Assembly (NCBI GenBank): GCA_021780195.1
Contig: JAJXZE010000001.1
Location: 1,603-65,602 of the forward strand
Direction of reading: 5' to 3'
Length of the DNA: 64,000 nt
Source: a bacterium
GTDB lineage: Bacteria; Patescibacteriota; Minisyncoccia; UBA6257; 2-01-FULL-56-20
The position numbers and the translations under genes were made by a program. Below are positions 9,863-18,953 of this stretch, one piece after another. Under the pieces are notes generated by a model, which was not told where the DNA came from, did not search any database, and worked only from the letters and a program-made list of their open reading frames with translations. The first letter of the stretch is position 1. The number at the start of each line of letters is the position of its first letter.

Positions 9863-10465
9863 TCAGGAAAGGGGGACGCGGTTTCTGAATTTCTTGCGCA
9901 TTGCCTTGGTGAACCCGTACATGGCGAGGCCGGCAAGCGTGATGAGCGCCGCGAGGAACATCCACTGGAACCCCTTATTAACCAGTGAGTACAGCTGCCC
10001 GAAGAAATAGCCGATGGAAAAGAGGAATCCTGCCCAGACAAACTCGCCGAAGAAATTGACGGTGAAGTATTTTTTAAAGGGCACGCGCGCCGCGCCGGCG
10101 GCGATCAGAACCGCAATGGCCATACCGAAGCCCGTCGTGAGCTTGGAGATGAAAAGGATCTTCGTCTGGTGCTTATGGAAAAAGGTTTCGGCCCGCTCTA
10201 CATTCGCCTCGGTGACGTCGAAGAAATGGCCGTACTTTTCAATGAGCGGCCTCCCGCCGTACTTTCCCGCGAAATACCATCCGATGTCCGCCGTCAGATC
10301 GCCTGCGACGAGGACGAGGTAGATCGGCCAGAATTCGAAAAATCCCGTGTGCACGAGGAATCCGGCGACTATCATGACGACGGGTCCCTCGACGATGGCC
10401 AAGGGGAAGGCGATCGCGTAGCGGTAGCTCACGAGCCACGCGAGGATGGGGGATGCGGTTGGCAT
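9863..10465 (-). CDS. DedA/SNARE-associated family membrane protein
   Basis: The 200-aa C-terminal part of the 455-aa ORF (MPTASPILAWLVSYRYAIAFPLAIVEGPVVMIVAGFL...) has the DedA pattern; the upstream 255 aa are charged low-complexity sequence antisense to the neighbouring gene, so the start is placed at the internal Met. Confidence 0.7.
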   Translation of the reverse strand: MPTASPILAWLVSYRYAIAFPLAIVEGPVVMIVAGFLVHTGFFEFWPIYLVLVAGDLTADIGWYFAGKYGGRPLIEKYGHFFDVTEANVERAETFFHKHQTKILFISKLTTGFGMAIAVLIAAGAARVPFKKYFTVNFFGEFVWAGFLFSIGYFFGQLYSLVNKGFQWMFLAALITLAGLAMYGFTKAMRKKFRNRVPLS

Positions 10466-10498
10466 AAGGATGCTATTTATTATAATATAGTATTGTTC
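10466..10498. promoter_or_regulatory. AT-rich divergent intergenic region (likely bidirectional promoter for DedA and PAP2-like genes)
   Basis: ataaggatgctatttattataatatagtattgttc: a 33-nt strongly AT-rich spacer with TATAAT-like hexamers between divergent starts, in otherwise GC-rich DNA. Confidence 0.35.
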
Positions 10499-11161
10499 AT
10501 GCTGGCCATCTTCAAAGAACACCGGGGATTCTGGACCCCCGAGCACAAGCGGTCGCTTTATTTCGGGATCATGCTGATCCTCATCGCGCTCGTCGTGCAT
10601 CTCGCGGCGGGCTTCTATTCCGCGGACAAGGCGGCCATCGCTCCCTCGGTCCACGACCTTTTCCTGGACAATCTCCCGGTCGTGAATCTCGATTTTCTGA
10701 TCGTCGGCGGAAACATCATTTTCTTCTGGATCATCCCGGTCATCCTCTTCGCCGTCCGGCCGCGCTATCTCCTCTTTGCGGTCAAGGCGATCGCGCTCTT
10801 CGTCATCATTCGCGCGTTCTTCACGACCCTCACCCACATCGGCATCTATCCCGACGGCGCGATGCCTTCGGCCGCGAACCTCGGCTACAGTTTTTACGAG
10901 CTCGTGAACTTCCAGGGAAACCTCTTTTTCTCCGGGCACACCGGGTATCCCTTCCTTATCGCGCTCATCTTCTGGAATAACGTCTTCTGGCGCCGTTTCT
11001 ACGTCGGCGCGACGGTGGTGTTCGCCGCCGCGGTGCTCCTCGCGCACGTGCATTATTCGATCGACGTCTTTGCGGCGCCCTTCATCGTCTACGGCATCTA
11101 CACGCTCGCCGCGCGCTTTTTCCCGGATGACTTCGCGCTTTCGGTAAGTTCGCGCATCTGA
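10499..11161 (+). CDS. PAP2-like / sphingomyelin-synthase-like membrane phosphatase family protein
   Basis: Multi-TM protein with FFSGHTG and HVHYSIDV motifs (PAP2 SGH and HxxxD signatures); start taken at the internal Met because the ORF-track N-terminus is antisense to DedA. Confidence 0.5.
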   Translation: MLAIFKEHRGFWTPEHKRSLYFGIMLILIALVVHLAAGFYSADKAAIAPSVHDLFLDNLPVVNLDFLIVGGNIIFFWIIPVILFAVRPRYLLFAVKAIALFVIIRAFFTTLTHIGIYPDGAMPSAANLGYSFYELVNFQGNLFFSGHTGYPFLIALIFWNNVFWRRFYVGATVVFAAAVLLAHVHYSIDVFAAPFIVYGIYTLAARFFPDDFALSVSSRI

Positions 11162-11174
11162 TATACTGGGACGC

Positions 11175-11987
11175 ATGGAAACCCCGAACATGGAAACCCC
11201 GAACGGCGACAAGCTTTTACCCATCAGCATTCTCGCGGCGGCGGTCGTGATCGGCGGCGCGATCCTCTTTTCGGTCTTCTACCGACCAAGCGCGGGAGCG
11301 CCCCCGGCGCCCGGCGCGGGTGCGGGGACGGCTCCCACGAGCACGGCGGCGGCTCCGGGCGTGCCTTCGGCGGCGGCCGTCGCGGCGGCACTCGCGCTCA
11401 CGCCGCGCGACGTGGCGCTCGGCAATGCGAGCGCGACCGTCACGGTCGTCGAATACGGCGACTACCAGTGCCCGTTCTGTACGCGGTATTTTGAGCAGAT
11501 CGAGCCGATCCTCATCCAGAATTACGTGAACCCCGGGAAGATTAAATTGGTCTTCCGTGATTTCCCGTTCCTCGACCGCTTCCCCGGCCTTCCGGCGGGG
11601 TCGAACGAGTCGCACGTGGCGGGCGCCGCGGCGGAATGCGCGAAGGATCAGAACAAGTTCTGGCAATATCACGACGCGCTCTACACGGCGAAGTCCGCCG
11701 ACGAGGCCAAGGGCGGCGGCGAGAACGACGGCCTTTTCACTCCGGCGTTCCTGACCTCGCTCGCCGGAAAGGAGGGGATGAACACGGCGACTTTCTCGTC
11801 CTGCCTGACAAGCGGGAAATACACGGCGGCGGTCAACGCCGACTACGCGAATGCCGTGGCGGCGGGCGTGGATTCCACGCCGACCACGTTCGTAAATGGG
11901 GTGATGGTGACGGATACTTCGGGTAACAGCGTGGGGGCGGATCTGAGCGCCATTACGGCGGCAATCGACGCCGCGCTCGCGAAATAG
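11175..11987 (+). CDS. DsbA-family thiol:disulfide oxidoreductase (thioredoxin domain, CPFC active site)
   Basis: TVVEYGDYQCPFCTRYFEQIEPIL ... KFWQYHDALY; N-terminal TM anchor; the start carries a tandem 15-nt duplication (METPN METPN). Confidence 0.75.
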   Translation: METPNMETPNGDKLLPISILAAAVVIGGAILFSVFYRPSAGAPPAPGAGAGTAPTSTAAAPGVPSAAAVAAALALTPRDVALGNASATVTVVEYGDYQCPFCTRYFEQIEPILIQNYVNPGKIKLVFRDFPFLDRFPGLPAGSNESHVAGAAAECAKDQNKFWQYHDALYTAKSADEAKGGGENDGLFTPAFLTSLAGKEGMNTATFSSCLTSGKYTAAVNADYANAVAAGVDSTPTTFVNGVMVTDTSGNSVGADLSAITAAIDAALAK

Positions 11988-12012
11988 GCGCGCGGTACAG
12001 TGCGGGCCGGGC

Positions 12013-12060
12013 GCGCGGTTTGACGCGCGGTTTGACGGCCCCGCGCCGCGCCCCTACAAT
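12013..12060 (+). promoter_or_regulatory. sigma70-like promoter with tandemly duplicated -35 element (gcgcggtttgac x2) and TACAAT -10, 18-nt spacer
   Basis: gcgcggtttgacgcgcggtttgac then ggccccgcgccgcgcccc then tacaat, 6 nt before the SPW gene ATG; same TTGACG-N18-CTACAAT architecture as the groES promoter. Confidence 0.4.
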
Positions 12061-12066
12061 TGAGGC

Positions 12067-12276
12067 ATGAAGGAACGTTCCGCGACGGGAATCATCGGCG
12101 CATGGATCATGCTCTCGCCGTGGACGCTCGGCTTCGCGAACGTCGCGCTCGCGCGATGGAGTAATGTCCTCCTCGGGCTCGCGCTCGTCGTGATGAGCGT
12201 GTGGGGACTGTTCGGCGTCGCTCCGGCGGACGAGGGCAGAACGCAACCGGAGGACAAAAAGGTCAATCAAAAATAA
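12067..12276 (+). CDS. SPW-repeat small membrane protein
   Basis: 69 aa, two TM helices with an LSPWTLGF motif. Confidence 0.45.
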   Translation: MKERSATGIIGAWIMLSPWTLGFANVALARWSNVLLGLALVVMSVWGLFGVAPADEGRTQPEDKKVNQK

Positions 12277-12299
12277 AAACAAAAATAAATTTCACTATC

Positions 12300-12542
12300 A
12301 TGGCCAGCGTAAAAATATACAGCACGCCGACGTGCGTCTACTGCAAAATGGCGAAGGATTTCTTCGCGGCGAATAACGTGAGCTACGAGGATTTCAATGT
12401 GGCGGCGGATCAGAACGCGCGCGCGGAGATGTTTGCGAAATCCCATCAGATGGGCGTGCCCGTGATCGACATCGACGGGAAGATCATCGTGGGCTTCGAT
12501 AAGAAGACCCTGGAGGACCTCCTTGCGGCGGGAAAGAAATAG
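12300..12542 (+). CDS. glutaredoxin-like protein (NrdH/Grx family, CxxC)
   Basis: MASVKIYSTPTCVYCKMAKDFF ... GVPVIDIDGKIIVGFD; start at the internal ATG of the longer ORF. Confidence 0.75.
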   Translation: MASVKIYSTPTCVYCKMAKDFFAANNVSYEDFNVAADQNARAEMFAKSHQMGVPVIDIDGKIIVGFDKKTLEDLLAAGKK

Positions 12543-12567
12543 GCCGGGCGATCATCCTTATATCCCT

Positions 12568-13485
12568 ATGTACGACCTTATCATCGTGGGCGCGGGGCCG
12601 GGCGGGGTCGCCGCCGGCGTATATGCCGCGCGGAAGAAAATAAAGACCCTCCTCATCACCGACAGCTTTGGCGGCCAGTCGGCGGTTTCGGGCGACATCC
12701 AGAACTGGATCGGGACGAAATCGATCTCAGGCTACGACCTCGCGAAGTCGCTCGAGGAGCACCTTCGTGCGCAGGAGGACATCGAAATCGTGGACGATGA
12801 TCTCGTGACGGGCGTCGCGAAGAGCGCGGGCGGCTTTACGGTGGCCACGAAGAACGGTAAGACCTACGAAACGAAATACGTCCTGATTGCCTCCGGGAGC
12901 CGGAGAAAGAAGCTCGGCATCGCGGGCGAAGCGCAGTACGACGGCAAGGGCGTGGTCTATTGCTCCACGTGCGACGCGCCGATCTTCAAGGACAAGGCGA
13001 CGGTCGTGGTGGGCGGCGGCAATTCCGCGCTTGAATCGGTGATGGATCTTATCCCGTATGCGTTGAAGATCTATCTCATGGTGCGTTCCGAGGCGCTTCG
13101 TGGCGACCCCGTATCGCAGGACAAGATCCGCGCGAACCCGAAAGTGGAGATCGTCTGGAATGCGGTGGCCGACGAGATCGCGGGAGGGGATTTTGTGACG
13201 GGCCTCAAGTATCACGACGCGAAGACGAATGAGGCGAAGGAGCTCACCGTGGAGGGCGTTTTCGTGGAGATCGGCCTTTTACCGAATTCGGATTTCGTGA
13301 AAGGGCTCGTGGATCTCGATCCGCGCGGCGACATCGTGACGGATCCCCGGACGCAATCGACTTCCGTCCCCGGCATCTGGGCGGTGGGGGACGTGACGGA
13401 CGGGCCGTACCGGCAGAACAACATCTCCGTGGGCGACGCCGTGAAGGCGGTGCTCAACATCTACGACCAGATTAAAAAATCATAA
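12568..13485 (+). CDS. trxB: thioredoxin-disulfide reductase
   Basis: [23 protein letters not shown] ... [25 protein letters not shown] ... GIWAVGDV (FAD/NADPH motifs and CxxC redox centre). Confidence 0.85.
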   Translation: MYDLIIVGAGPGGVAAGVYAARKKIKTLLITDSFGGQSAVSGDIQNWIGTKSISGYDLAKSLEEHLRAQEDIEIVDDDLVTGVAKSAGGFTVATKNGKTYETKYVLIASGSRRKKLGIAGEAQYDGKGVVYCSTCDAPIFKDKATVVVGGGNSALESVMDLIPYALKIYLMVRSEALRGDPVSQDKIRANPKVEIVWNAVADEIAGGDFVTGLKYHDAKTNEAKELTVEGVFVEIGLLPNSDFVKGLVDLDPRGDIVTDPRTQSTSVPGIWAVGDVTDGPYRQNNISVGDAVKAVLNIYDQIKKS

Positions 13486-13495
13486 AAAGTACCCG

Positions 13496-13525
13496 CTTGA
13501 CGCCGCCCCGCGGCACGACTACAAT
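13496..13525 (+). promoter_or_regulatory. sigma70-like promoter of groESL (CTTGAC -35, 18 nt, TACAAT -10)
   Basis: cttgacgccgccccgcggcacgactacaat immediately upstream of the CIRCE element. Confidence 0.5.
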
Positions 13526-13530
13526 TCGTA

Positions 13531-13557
13531 TTGGCACTCAATGGTCGTGAGTGCCAA
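13531..13557 (+). promoter_or_regulatory. CIRCE element (HrcA operator), perfect 9-N9-9 inverted repeat
   Basis: TTGGCACTC-aatggtcgt-GAGTGCCAA versus consensus TTAGCACTC-N9-GAGTGCTAA; lies between the promoter and the groES start. Confidence 0.8.
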
Positions 13558-13587
13558 AACAAAAAAATAAATTTTTTGTATATAACA

Positions 13588-15569
<1,982 letters not shown>

Positions 15570-15623
15570 AAGCTCGTTGCGGCGGCGGCGGAACCGCGGT
15601 ATAATGCTCGTAATAACAAACCT

Positions 15624-16166
15624 ATGATCTACGCCTATATCGTTCTCGCGCTCATTGTGCTTTGGCTCATCCTGGCCTATAACGGCCTCGTCCGGACGCG
15701 GAACCGTACCCAGGAAGCGTATTCGGATATCGACGTTCAGCTCAAGCGGCGCTACGACCTCATCCCGAACCTCGTGGAGTCGGTGAAGGGCTACATGGCG
15801 CACGAGGCCGGCGTCTTTGAGAAGGTGACACGGGCACGATCGCAGGCGATGCAGGCGACGGGCATGGCGAAGGCCGGCGCGGAGGACGCGCTCTCCGGCG
15901 CTCTGAAATCGCTCTTCGCGGTCGCAGAGAACTACCCCCAGCTCAAGGCGAACGAGAATTTCCTCGACCTCCAGAACCAGCTCACGGACACCGAGGACAA
16001 GATCCAGGCCGCCCGCCGTTTCTACAACGGCATGGTGCGCGACCTGAACACAAAAATCCAGGTCTTCCCGACGAACCTCTTTGCGAGCATGCTTGGCTTC
16101 AAGGCGATGGACTTTTTCGGCAACCTGACGGATGCGGAGAAGGCCCCCGTGGCGGTGAAGTTCTAG
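15624..16166 (+). CDS. lemA: LemA family protein
   Basis: N-terminal TM plus LILAYNGLVRTRNRTQEAYSDIDVQLKRRYDLIPNLVE, characteristic of LemA. Confidence 0.8.
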   Translation: MIYAYIVLALIVLWLILAYNGLVRTRNRTQEAYSDIDVQLKRRYDLIPNLVESVKGYMAHEAGVFEKVTRARSQAMQATGMAKAGAEDALSGALKSLFAVAENYPQLKANENFLDLQNQLTDTEDKIQAARRFYNGMVRDLNTKIQVFPTNLFASMLGFKAMDFFGNLTDAEKAPVAVKF

Positions 16167-16191
16167 GCGGCGCTTTCTCCGGGCATTTTCC

Positions 16192-17094
16192 ATGGCGAAT
16201 CTCTACCAGTACCGGTCGGCGAATGTGCGGCGGACATGGCTCCTCTTTGCCGTGTTTTTCGTTGTCGTGGTCGGCGTCGGGTATGTATTCAGCATGGCGT
16301 ACGGCGACCCGAGCTTCGTGATCTTCGCGCTCGTCTTCAGTGTCGTCTATTCGCTCATCAGCTATTATTCGTCGGCGTCGATCGCGCTTTCTTTTGCGCG
16401 TGCGAAGCCGATCGAAAAGAAGGATGACCCGGAACTGTATAATCTTGTCGAAAATCTCTGCATCGCCTCTGGCCTCCCGATGCCGAAGCTTTATCTCACG
16501 CCCGAGATGCAGATCAACGCGTTCGCCACGGGCCGCGACCCTCAGCACGCCGCGGTCGCGGTGACCCTTGGCGCGCGCGAGCGCCTCAACAAGACGGAGC
16601 TCGAGGGCGTCCTTGCGCACGAACTCTCGCACGTCGGGAATCGCGATATCCTGGTCTCAACCGTCGCCGCGATCCTCGCGGGCATCATCTCGCTCATCGC
16701 GGATCTTTTCCTCCGGTCGCTCTTCTTCGGCGGGTTCGGCGGCGGCCGCCGTGGCGATGGGGAGGGGAACATGATCTTCATGCTTATCGGGATCGGACTC
16801 TCGATCCTCGCACCCATCGGCACCATGCTCATCCAGCTCGCGATCTCGCGCCGGCGCGAAGCGCTGGCCGACGCGTCGGGAGTCCTCCTTACGCGCTATC
16901 CCGAGGGTCTCATCTCGGCGCTCCGGAAGATCGCCGCCGACACGACACCCATGCGGAGTGCGAAGGATTCGACCGCGCACCTGTGGCTCGATACGCCTTT
17001 CAAGGGCAAGGGAACCTCGTGGTGGCACAAGCTCTTCATGACGCATCCCCCGATTGAGCAGCGCATCGCGGCATTGAAAGCGATCGCGGTTTAG
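16192..17094 (+). CDS. htpX: zinc metalloprotease HtpX (peptidase M48)
   Basis: HELSHVGNRD (HExxH) with four TM segments; conserved LemA-HtpX adjacency. Confidence 0.85.
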   Translation: MANLYQYRSANVRRTWLLFAVFFVVVVGVGYVFSMAYGDPSFVIFALVFSVVYSLISYYSSASIALSFARAKPIEKKDDPELYNLVENLCIASGLPMPKLYLTPEMQINAFATGRDPQHAAVAVTLGARERLNKTELEGVLAHELSHVGNRDILVSTVAAILAGIISLIADLFLRSLFFGGFGGGRRGDGEGNMIFMLIGIGLSILAPIGTMLIQLAISRRREALADASGVLLTRYPEGLISALRKIAADTTPMRSAKDSTAHLWLDTPFKGKGTSWWHKLFMTHPPIEQRIAALKAIAV

Positions 17095-17138
17095 GGTAGC
17101 ATAGAGAACGTTCCGGAGGCCGGAATACCGGCCATGCA

Positions 17139-17223
17139 GGAGGCGTCGCATAGTGGTCTAGTGCGCTCGCTTGGAAAGCGAGTATGTCGAAAGGCATCAC
17201 AGGTTCGAATCCTGTCGCCTCCG
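17139..17223 (+). tRNA. tRNA-Ser (anticodon GGA), class II with long variable arm; CCA not encoded
   Basis: Acceptor GGAGGCG/CGCCTCC, anticodon arm CTCGC-TTGGAAA-GCGAG, variable arm ~17 nt, T-arm ACAGG-TTCGAAT-CCTGT, discriminator G. Confidence 0.8.
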
Positions 17224-17227
17224 CGGA

Positions 17228-17380
17228 GAATGCCGAAAGGGCTTTGAAGAGCCAGAATAAAATCCCCCAGCGGGGATTTTTTCTTGTCCCTCGGCCCATT
17301 TGCCGAAAACAAACGAATGTTTTCGGACCGTGCCAAACGGGCCTGCGGGATCCTCTTCAAGGCCCTTTCGGCATTCTTTT
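17228..17380 (+). other. nested stem-loop element directly 3' of tRNA-Ser: 24-bp long-range stem (17228..17251 with 17353..17376) enclosing two hairpins, followed by a T-run
   Basis: gaatgccgaaagggctttgaagag pairs with ctcttcaaggccctttcggcattc (one G-U); the interior holds the intrinsic terminator 17262..17282 and a 9-bp hairpin ccgaaaaca/tgttttcgg. Confidence 0.5.
17262..17282 (+). terminator. rho-independent terminator after tRNA-Ser (ATCCCC-cagc-GGGGAT plus T6)
   Basis: aaaatcccccagcggggatttttt. Confidence 0.6.
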
Positions 17381-17674
17381 GGCGGGTGCGATGACTCGAA
17401 CCGGAGCGCCGCCCCGGGTAGGAGGGAGCCGCGTTCTTACGCGGCGGGTCGGGAACCGAGGGTTCCCGAAACGGGGGTCGGGGCGGCGCGCAAGATTCGA
17501 GGAGCGAGCGTAGCGAGCGACGGAATCCTGTCGATTTATATAAGGGGGTTTCTGGCACGTTTTCCACAAAAACATGCCTTTTCTTTTGTCCACTTTCGGC
17601 AATTTGCCCCTCATTATTTAATAATATACAATGGAGAGGTGGAAATATCACCCTTCCATTAAACATATTGATAT

Positions 17675-18250
17675 ATGGCCACTGACAACCTTATTGCCAA
17701 ATTATACGAATCCCCCAAGACAATCCTGACCATTAAGGACATTGCTTTGATTTGGGGAGAAACAAACACCGTCAATCTTCTCACGAAGATAAAATACTAC
17801 GCGAAGCAAGGATCGCTGATTCGACTGACTCGTGGCGTATTTGCCAAAAACAAAGAGTATGATCTGAAAGAATTAGCAGGAAGTATCTATACTCCTTCTT
17901 ATATCAGTTTTGAAACCGTGCTCCGTGAGACCGGCATTATTTTTCAACATCACGATGCGATTTTTGTAGCCGGTCCCTATCCGATGACCAAGAAAATCGA
18001 CGATCACACGATCGTCTTTCGCAAACTGAAAGACAGCGTTTTATACAACGGGCTCGGCGTAAAAAAAGAAAAGAGCTATAGCATCGCTACGCCGGAGCGA
18101 GCATTCCTCGACACCATATATCTATCCCCTAAGTTTTATTTCGATAACTTGCGATCCATCAATTGGGATCAATGTTTTGAACTGGCAAAAATATACGATA
18201 ACAAACAATTGATCAAGCGGATAACTAAATATAAAAAACATGCTGAATAA
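17675..18250 (+). CDS. AbiEi-like antitoxin / transcriptional regulator (type IV TA, abortive infection)
   Basis: 191-aa protein in the AT-rich patch, placed directly upstream of and overlapping an AbiEii-type nucleotidyltransferase gene; wHTH-like N-terminus. The call rests on context and length plus weak pattern similarity. Confidence 0.6.
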   Translation: MATDNLIAKLYESPKTILTIKDIALIWGETNTVNLLTKIKYYAKQGSLIRLTRGVFAKNKEYDLKELAGSIYTPSYISFETVLRETGIIFQHHDAIFVAGPYPMTKKIDDHTIVFRKLKDSVLYNGLGVKKEKSYSIATPERAFLDTIYLSPKFYFDNLRSINWDQCFELAKIYDNKQLIKRITKYKKHAE

Positions 18251-18953
18251 AGAAAAACACCAACTCGTTATGGGGCAGATTTTGAGAGATATTTATTCCG
18301 ATACCTCCATATCTTCCCTGATCGGATTCAAGGGCGGCACCTGTGCTTATTTTTTCTATGGCCTGACAAGATTTTCTATAGACCTCGACTTCGACCTGTT
18401 TTCCACTGATGAAGCTACGCAAAAGCTCGTGTACGAAAGAATCGGTGGTATGTTGGAAAAATACGGAGAGGTCAAAGATAATTACATAAAACGAAACACC
18501 ATATTCTTCCTGCTTTCTTATGGCGATGCCGACCACAATGTGAAAATTGAAGTGAACATGAGAATTCTTATGCCGGATATCAAGGAGCACTACGAAGTAA
18601 AAGAATATCTGGGCATTTCTATGCTTGCGGGCAAAAAAGATTATCTTTTTGCGAGTAAGCTGGCCGCATTGACCACAAGAAGCGAAACGGCAATGCGTGA
18701 TGTGTATGACGTTTGGTTTTTTGGCACAAATCACTGGGATATAAACGTTGATGTGATCAAGGCAAGAACTGGCAAGACTATCAAAGAATACATGGCTGAT
18801 TGCCTTCCGGTTGTTGAGGCAATCAAAGATAATGAAATTTTGAGAGGATTGGCTGAGCTTTTGCCGGACGAAAAAGCAAAGGCGTGGGTAAAAACTCACT
18901 TAAGAAAAGAGGTTATCTTTCTGCTCAAAAATTACCAATCCGTATTAAAATGA
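18240..18953 (+). CDS. AbiEii/AbiGii-family nucleotidyltransferase toxin (DUF1814)
   Basis: FKGGTCAYFFYG (the GGT motif of the DUF1814 NTase family) and later D/E-rich motifs; 11-nt overlap with the upstream AbiEi-like gene. Confidence 0.7.
   Translation: MLNKEKHQLVMGQILRDIYSDTSISSLIGFKGGTCAYFFYGLTRFSIDLDFDLFSTDEATQKLVYERIGGMLEKYGEVKDNYIKRNTIFFLLSYGDADHNVKIEVNMRILMPDIKEHYEVKEYLGISMLAGKKDYLFASKLAALTTRSETAMRDVYDVWFFGTNHWDINVDVIKARTGKTIKEYMADCLPVVEAIKDNEILRGLAELLPDEKAKAWVKTHLRKEVIFLLKNYQSVLK

Noticed and set aside
10466-11230. N-terminal 255 aa of the 455-aa DedA ORF
   Set aside because: The extension is charged low-complexity sequence antisense to the PAP2-like gene. The DedA homology begins at the internal Met, where an AT-rich promoter spacer lies.
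17381-17660. GC-rich 280-nt non-coding stretch before AbiEi, considered as an ncRNA or as the tRNA half of an att site
   Set aside because: A ggttcgagtca-like segment on the minus strand does not complete a tRNA fold. No recognisable family was found. It is left unassigned.
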